In this document: positions 58,315 through 64,000 of the stretch, in pieces
Layout of the letters: every line of letters begins with the position of its first letter
How positions within the stretch are numbered: position 1 is the stretch's first letter
Origin: a virus
Taxonomy: Duplodnaviria > Caudoviricetes
IMG/VR virus record: IMGVR_UViG_3300021167_000098
Coordinates: 1-64,000 of that record
Strand: one strand, 5' to 3'
Length of the DNA: 64,000 bases
Notes under the pieces: model-generated
Told to the model about the DNA's origin: nothing
Databases searched by the model: none
The model's input: the letters and a program-made list of their open reading frames with translations, nothing else
Position numbers and translations under genes: made by a program

Positions 58315-59506
58315 AATATACTTCTTTTTTAATTACTTCTCTTTTGTTCTCTTCAATTATATCATATGCTACTCCAGGTCTATTAGGACCAAAGTTAGTA
58401 TGTATCCATTCAGTGCCTCCAAAGAAGGATAGAGTTGATTTATATCTTATCTTATATCCTTGTTGATCAGATAGTTGATGTAAATCTCCCTTAACTAAAT
58501 GTATAAAGTCTCCTTTAAGTTTCTTAGCATCAATATATCTTTGTAAATATAATTCTGTCTTAGTATCCATAACTAAAGGTAATCCATTCTTCATATGCTT
58601 TTCATCTTTACCATGAGTTAACATGTAAGCATGTCTACCATAAGTAAAATGTGTAATAAAGTCAGCAGTAATATAAGTCTGAATCTCTGGATATTTAGCA
58701 TTTAAGTAAATTTCCAAAGCTCTCTGAGCTGTATAACCAAAGCTACCATCATGATTAGCATTAGATAATGCAATGAAACTCAAATTATTAGTTATATTTA
58801 AACTAACTATTGTATCTATAAACTCTTTAAAACATCTGAAATAAACATCAAATTGTTCTCTATTTCCCATGTTTTGATCTAATGTATGTCCTCCTCTGGT
58901 TGTATTTTTATTATAACCATCTAAAGAATCACCCATATCATTGATAACAAGTCTATCAAAAGGACCATATACTTGATAGTCCAACCATAATTCTTGTACC
59001 AATCTTTGAAATCTTGCTTTGACAACTTCCTCATTATAAACATTTTGTGACATTAATGTTCCTCCTACTGCACCAATATGAATATCAGAGATAGGTAACA
59101 TAATGCATCTCTTAGTATCTAATTGATGTTTCACTAGTGTTAATGTTTGAATGCCAGAAACAGCATTCTTAAAGCTATCCAATAATTGTTTTTGAGTATC
59201 TTCTGCTATTACAGAATCATCAACTTCATATGAATGTAGTGTTTCCACAATACCTCCTTTTCTTTGAACTTCCCAGGCTTTCTTTAATTTAAGATTCTGG
59301 TATGGTCCACTAGGTTGTGGTTTAAGTGTTTCTCTTTTCCATAGAGTTCTAATAGTATCACCTAAAGAATTATTGTAATCTTGTGAGTCTTTGGGATACT
59401 TAGAATTTACAGAAATTTCAAATCTTTTAGCTAGATCAACCCAAGTTTCAGAATCTAGTTTTCCATTGTTCTTTTTTAAGTGATCAATCAGTTCAGATTT
59501 ACCCAT
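58307..59506 (-). CDS. calcineurin-like phosphoesterase/nuclease (DNA pol II small subunit-like)
   Basis: SDIHIG, GDSLDG, NHD, THG, GDLH. Confidence 0.82.
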   Translation of the reverse strand: MGKSELIDHLKKNNGKLDSETWVDLAKRFEISVNSKYPKDSQDYNNSLGDTIRTLWKRETLKPQPSGPYQNLKLKKAWEVQRKGGIVETLHSYEVDDSVIAEDTQKQLLDSFKNAVSGIQTLTLVKHQLDTKRCIMLPISDIHIGAVGGTLMSQNVYNEEVVKARFQRLVQELWLDYQVYGPFDRLVINDMGDSLDGYNKNTTRGGHTLDQNMGNREQFDVYFRCFKEFIDTIVSLNITNNLSFIALSNANHDGSFGYTAQRALEIYLNAKYPEIQTYITADFITHFTYGRHAYMLTHGKDEKHMKNGLPLVMDTKTELYLQRYIDAKKLKGDFIHLVKGDLHQLSDQQGYKIRYKSTLSFFGGTEWIHTNFGPNRPGVAYDIIEENKREVIKKEVYFE

Positions 59507-59537
59507 AATATATTTTATTTGATTTATAATAATGTAC

Positions 59538-59575
59538 TGTAATCATATGTGATTACATAAAGAAATGTAAAGATA
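59538..59575 (-). promoter_or_regulatory. putative promoter (-7-like TATCTTTA) followed by an 8-bp-arm palindrome
   Basis: Minus-strand TATCTTTACA at 59575-59566; tgtaatca-tatg-tgattaca at 59538-59557. Confidence 0.4.
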
Positions 59576-59621
59576 ATAATTATTTCTAACAAAATTGATA
59601 GAATTTCAATAATTATTTCTT

Positions 59622-60332
59622 TCATCTGGCTTTCAGCTCAGTTATTTCTGCTTTAAGGTTACCAATTTCTCTAGTAGCATTGTTTAATGCTGAAATAATC
59701 AGAGTATTGGCTTCAGTTTGGTTGTATTCTTCTTTGGTATTACCAGCATCATTGATATCAAAAGTAGAATTAAAATTACCTGTACCTGTACTGTCAATAA
59801 CAACTCTTTTTATAAGTTCTATATTACCACAAGTAGTGGTTAAAAATACTTTAAATGTTGCTGTAGCTGGAAATCTATCTACTGGAACTGATACACCACC
59901 TACTTCTTTCTTAGAATCAAGTATATTAACTGGTCCATAAGTTGCTTTACCAACAATAAGGGTATTAACACCAATATTACTAGCAATAGAAGGTAAATTT
60001 TGTAAGGTTTCATTAAGGTCATAAGTCAGTTCTATACCATTAATACCAGGCTTAATAGAGTATTTAAAGTTTCTATTTACTATTTCTGAAGAGCATGGAG
60101 ATACTTTACCTGTAAGATTAAGAAGAGTTCCTGAAACTTTAACTTCATCAGTTGTCTTACCTATATTTTGTACTGGAGTTGTAGCCTTAACTAATTGTTT
60201 AATTAATTGAGTTACAACAGTTTTCATAGAGGTATTATTCTCTATACCAAAATCAGGAAAATCCCCTCCAGTCCACACTGATGCAGAATCTGGAGAGGGA
60301 TTAATATTTTTATTACAATCTTTACAATTCAT
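59622..60332 (-). CDS. hypothetical (probably structural) protein
   Basis: 236 aa; N-terminal CKDC, C-terminal coiled coil; downstream of the fibre gene. Confidence 0.65.
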   Translation of the reverse strand: MNCKDCNKNINPSPDSASVWTGGDFPDFGIENNTSMKTVVTQLIKQLVKATTPVQNIGKTTDEVKVSGTLLNLTGKVSPCSSEIVNRNFKYSIKPGINGIELTYDLNETLQNLPSIASNIGVNTLIVGKATYGPVNILDSKKEVGGVSVPVDRFPATATFKVFLTTTCGNIELIKRVVIDSTGTGNFNSTFDINDAGNTKEEYNQTEANTLIISALNNATREIGNLKAEITELKAR

Positions 60333-60334
60333 TA

Positions 60335-63300
60335 TTATGTATTAAGTAGTCCAAAATTAGTTGATCCTTTTCCTGTAATAACACTATCTTTATGAGTTAT
60401 TGTATCACAAGTATCAACATTACCAAATCTTGCTACTCCACTTAATCTAAAGCAATAAGGAGCATTATTAAGTTTAAGAACATTTCCAGCAACAGTTAAA
60501 TACATTGTATTATATGGTGATGGCATTGATGCTAACCTAACATTAGCTGAAGCTACTACATCTGCTAAAGATGCAAGAATAGTTCTACTATTGTTAGGAC
60601 CATTAAATTCAGCATCTGCTATAACTTGAGAAGCACAACCAGAAGTATTTTTAATAAAATATTCTTGTGTTCCATTTGCAACAGTTCCTGGAATAGCATC
60701 TGGAGCTAAGTTAGATGGATCACCTGGATTAATTGTATTATTACTCCAAATATAAGCTGCTGGTAATCCACATTTACTATCAGCTGTATCAATATTACCA
60801 ATTGTTAAATCAGTAAGCATTGCATACTCTTTAGCAGCAAAAGATACATCTGGATCATCTAAATCTATTGAATTATTTGGATTAACTCCATTACAACATG
60901 TACCTGGAGTTAATGTAATAACTACTGTATCTACTGCACTTGTACATGGTCCAGCTCCATCAGGATCATTAACTGTAAGAGTTAATGTGACAGTACCAGC
61001 AGCAATATCAGAAACTGAAGGAGTATAAGTAGTAACTGCAAGTAGTGGATTTCCAAAAGTTCCACTTCCAGAAGTAGTCCATAATAATCCATTTGTATCA
61101 AATGATACAATACCATTTAAATTAATTGGAGTCACACCTGAAGAAGTTTGATCTATTCCTGCATTTGCTGTAGGCTGTGTAGTACAAGCACAAGCTTGTT
61201 TAATTATTTGTTTTTGTGTTGTATAAGCACAACCAAATTCATTTATTCCAGTTGCTGTAACAATCAATCCACTAGTCACATCAGCCATAGTTAATGTAAT
61301 AGCTGGAGTTATTGTTGGGAATGTTAGACCACCAGAATAATTTCCTGGATTAACTAAATTCCAAGTTAATTTTCCAGAAGGAAAAGGAAAACTAGAAATT
61401 AATGTTAATTGTGTTATATTATTACAAACAAGTAATGATTCTCCACTTTCTGTAACTCCATTAGAATTAGCTGATATAATACCAAATGGTGTAGGACTAT
61501 TTACAGTAACTACTAATGTATTTGAATTAACAACACATCCTTCTGCATCTGTTATTTTAAGATAATATTCAGTTGTATTTGCTGGAGTAGTATTTAATGT
61601 TGTTCCTGTTCCAGCAGTAATTCCTGCTCTATACCATTGATATTGGTAAGGTGCAACACCTCCTGTTACTACAGCTGATAAAGTAGTACTTCCTCCATTA
61701 CATATTGCTGCTGGAGAAGCTGAGATAGTAACTAGTACATCACAACCACAAGAATCAACAGGAATAGTTTTAGTTATTACACAAGAACCTGATCCATAAG
61801 TTACTACAATAGAACCTATACCAGATGCAACAGCTAGTGTGCTAGTAGGAGAACCTCCATTATAAACTACATTTTGATTAAATGTAAATGTTCTTGTTGT
61901 AGATGTTCCATTACAAGATTCTGTCCAAGTAAGTTCTCCTGGTCCAGGAGTAACTGTTATATTTACTGGAGATGTATTAGTATTATTTATACAAGTTCCT
62001 AAAGATATACCTCCTAAATAATAAGAAGTACTAACTGTAGGATTAACAACCAATGTTGATGGGATAGTTACTTCTTGAAGAACTACTCCATTCTGATATA
62101 AATTAGCTGTTGCTCCATTAGATCCTCCAAAAGTTAATGTTACTGCTTCTCCACTACATATTGCATTATCACTTGCTGTAATAGTAGCAGTTGGTAGGGT
62201 TATTAAAGTTGCAGTAACAGTAGTGTTAATAGTTGATATACAACCATTTAATGCTACAGAAACTAACTTAACTACTTTAGTAGAAGTTGTATTTATTACA
62301 AATGGACTTCCAAGAACTTTAGTCTTATTAACTCCATCTTCTATATATGTTACAGTAGCACCTTGAGTACCAGTGATTGTTATCTGTCCTGTTTGACCAG
62401 TACAGAAATCACCAGCTGTTATAGATGCTTCTGGATTAATATCACAATTACATTCTTTATATGTCTTCTTAGCTTTACAACCATCAGAGAATATAAATGT
62501 AATTTCAGTAGATAATCCTTTAGTTAAATATAAAGTAAACACCCCTCCCACTAAAGTAAATGAATTAGCTCCAGTTACATTTTGTATTGTAAATCCACCT
62601 TGATTAGCATTAACCTTAACAGTATATTCATTACCTATTAAAGAACAATCAATTGTATCAACAATAGTTCTAGGAGTAAGAGGATTAATAGGAATTTTAA
62701 TATTACATTTATTCCCATGATTCATTCTTATTTCAGCAGTCTTAATCTCTTCATCATTTAATGTATAGAAGAAGTTATTACTAAACATTGGTTCAGTAGT
62801 ATATCTGTCATTACCACTAGCTGATGTATCATATACAACCATTCCTCCAACTTGAGCATTATGCACAAAGGACTTGAATAGTTTACCATTTATCCATAAT
62901 TGATAAACAGTTTGAACTGCATCAGGAATAGTATATCCTGCTTTTTGATGTGGTCTAATATCCTGATTAACATCACATGGAACAAAAGGACCTTTAAGTT
63001 TAATACCTGTATGACAACCATTTAACTCAGAACCTATTGTTTTAGGGTTACAGAAGTAAACATCATCTAAACCAGCATCTTCTACACAACCACAATCTGT
63101 TTTAACTAACCAGTTATATCCAGACCATAATTCTCCTTCTTGTCCAACTAGTGGATATTTACCTTTAGGATCTATTTGACCTAAACCAAATAATGTATCA
63201 GTATATTTACCTCCTTGTAATGGAAGATAAAGACTTCTGAATTTATCTGTTGAATCAAATGCAGCATCTTTGGTTTTATACCAAGTTAATCTTGGATTTC

Positions 63301-64000
63301 TCTTAGCATCAGTTATTATTGGAGTAATTTTATCTACAATATTAAGATTGCCAGAAGTTAATTGAGCATTAGTTGTAAATATATAAGGATTTACAGCTTT
63401 AGGAGCTTTATAAACACAAGTGTTAGCAAATGTAAAATCAGATGTTTGTTCTATATAATATTCATATGATGTTACAATATCTGTAGTTTGAGAATTAGAT
63501 GACCCAACTAAAATACTACCTATTGCAATATGAGTATATCCAATTCCAAAATCTGAATTTTCTAATGTAAAACTATCTTCTCCAGCTACATTAACAGAGG
63601 TTGACCATTTAGTTTCTCCATTACTGATAAATGCACCAGTGGTAGTATTGACTTTTTTATGTTTTCTTATTTGAGTAACTTTAATATTGCCAGATAATGG
63701 TAAATCATTGTCTGCTATAAGATCACTTGTTGTATCTCCAAGTTTAGGAGAATTTGGTCCTGTTCCTTTTCTTAATTCTAATTTTGTTATAATTCTAACT
63801 TCATTGGGAGCATCTGAATATATTATTCCATGTACTCTTGAAAATATAGATAATGCTGAACAAGAACAAGGCTCTTTAAGAATAAGTTCTGCTTTAAGAT
63901 CACAAGATTCATCTACTTTTTTAAGTGTAAGAGTATCTTTACAGTCATTATCTGGATCATCTCCACAAGTACCTGAAATACACTTACATCCTGGATGATT
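60335..64000 (-). CDS. large Cys-rich tail fibre/adhesin-like protein with Ig-like (PKD/SprB-type) repeats, 5'-partial
   Basis: The reading frame of the 843-aa ORF has no stop from 62866 to the window edge, giving >1200 aa; repeats such as ICNGGSTTLSA...GG.APYQYQW and PTANAG.DQ. Confidence 0.8.
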   Translation of the reverse strand, partial: NHPGCKCISGTCGDDPDNDCKDTLTLKKVDESCDLKAELILKEPCSCSALSIFSRVHGIIYSDAPNEVRIITKLELRKGTGPNSPKLGDTTSDLIADNDLPLSGNIKVTQIRKHKKVNTTTGAFISNGETKWSTSVNVAGEDSFTLENSDFGIGYTHIAIGSILVGSSNSQTTDIVTSYEYYIEQTSDFTFANTCVYKAPKAVNPYIFTTNAQLTSGNLNIVDKITPIITDAKRNPRLTWYKTKDAAFDSTDKFRSLYLPLQGGKYTDTLFGLGQIDPKGKYPLVGQEGELWSGYNWLVKTDCGCVEDAGLDDVYFCNPKTIGSELNGCHTGIKLKGPFVPCDVNQDIRPHQKAGYTIPDAVQTVYQLWINGKLFKSFVHNAQVGGMVVYDTSASGNDRYTTEPMFSNNFFYTLNDEEIKTAEIRMNHGNKCNIKIPINPLTPRTIVDTIDCSLIGNEYTVKVNANQGGFTIQNVTGANSFTLVGGVFTLYLTKGLSTEITFIFSDGCKAKKTYKECNCDINPEASITAGDFCTGQTGQITITGTQGATVTYIEDGVNKTKVLGSPFVINTTSTKVVKLVSVALNGCISTINTTVTATLITLPTATITASDNAICSGEAVTLTFGGSNGATANLYQNGVVLQEVTIPSTLVVNPTVSTSYYLGGISLGTCINNTNTSPVNITVTPGPGELTWTESCNGTSTTRTFTFNQNVVYNGGSPTSTLAVASGIGSIVVTYGSGSCVITKTIPVDSCGCDVLVTISASPAAICNGGSTTLSAVVTGGVAPYQYQWYRAGITAGTGTTLNTTPANTTEYYLKITDAEGCVVNSNTLVVTVNSPTPFGIISANSNGVTESGESLLVCNNITQLTLISSFPFPSGKLTWNLVNPGNYSGGLTFPTITPAITLTMADVTSGLIVTATGINEFGCAYTTQKQIIKQACACTTQPTANAGIDQTSSGVTPINLNGIVSFDTNGLLWTTSGSGTFGNPLLAVTTYTPSVSDIAAGTVTLTLTVNDPDGAGPCTSAVDTVVITLTPGTCCNGVNPNNSIDLDDPDVSFAAKEYAMLTDLTIGNIDTADSKCGLPAAYIWSNNTINPGDPSNLAPDAIPGTVANGTQEYFIKNTSGCASQVIADAEFNGPNNSRTILASLADVVASANVRLASMPSPYNTMYLTVAGNVLKLNNAPYCFRLSGVARFGNVDTCDTITHKDSVITGKGSTNFGLLNT

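Noticed and set aside
334-63998. Short antisense or nested ORFs in the track (e.g. 334-609, 591-824, 20398-20619, 41089-41403, 53598-54038, 63687-63998)
   Set aside because: They are shadows of well-supported overlapping genes, with no recognisable motifs
20431-64000. Stop-codon reassignment (TAG/TGA), known in some Crassvirales
   Set aside because: Giant ORFs are intact in the standard code, and TAG (55945, 58307) and TGA serve as real stops at tight gene junctions
1-64000. tRNA genes accompanying the tRNA-repair enzymes
   Set aside because: Intergenic gaps are short and AT-rich; no cloverleaf or GTTCGA T-arm seen

Overview
AT-rich (roughly 30% GC by eye) segment of a crAss-like (Crassvirales-type) phage genome, standard genetic code, probably infecting a Bacteroidota host. 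The + strand arm (1-20354) carries replication, nucleotide-metabolism and RNA-repair genes: PD-(D/E)XK nucleases, family B DNA polymerase, ClpP-like protease, MazG, RNA ligase, PNK, phosphoesterases, CCA-adding enzyme, RlaP/NrdC.11-like NTase, DNA ligase, dNMP kinase, SleB-like hydrolase and ThyX. It converges at a perfect 22-bp inverted repeat with the - strand virion arm: tail fibre/adhesin, tail ring and muzzle proteins, IHF-like protein and ejection proteins, including a 5419-aa virion RNA polymerase polyprotein. The most unusual signal is in the injected giant proteins. They contain in-frame cassettes in which conserved, DNA-level-repeated bracket motifs (KADIERRRxEEL...INxKYDAELAAL; VKEGV...YLDTIFP...LGSKxDIEGFKEFV; AEDG..IP..DPP) enclose unrelated cargo domains (ART-like, zincin, unknown). 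These cassettes coincide with local CG-dinucleotide islands in an otherwise almost CG-free genome, suggesting a modular effector-swapping system. All product calls are from motif recognition by eye; no database searches were run.
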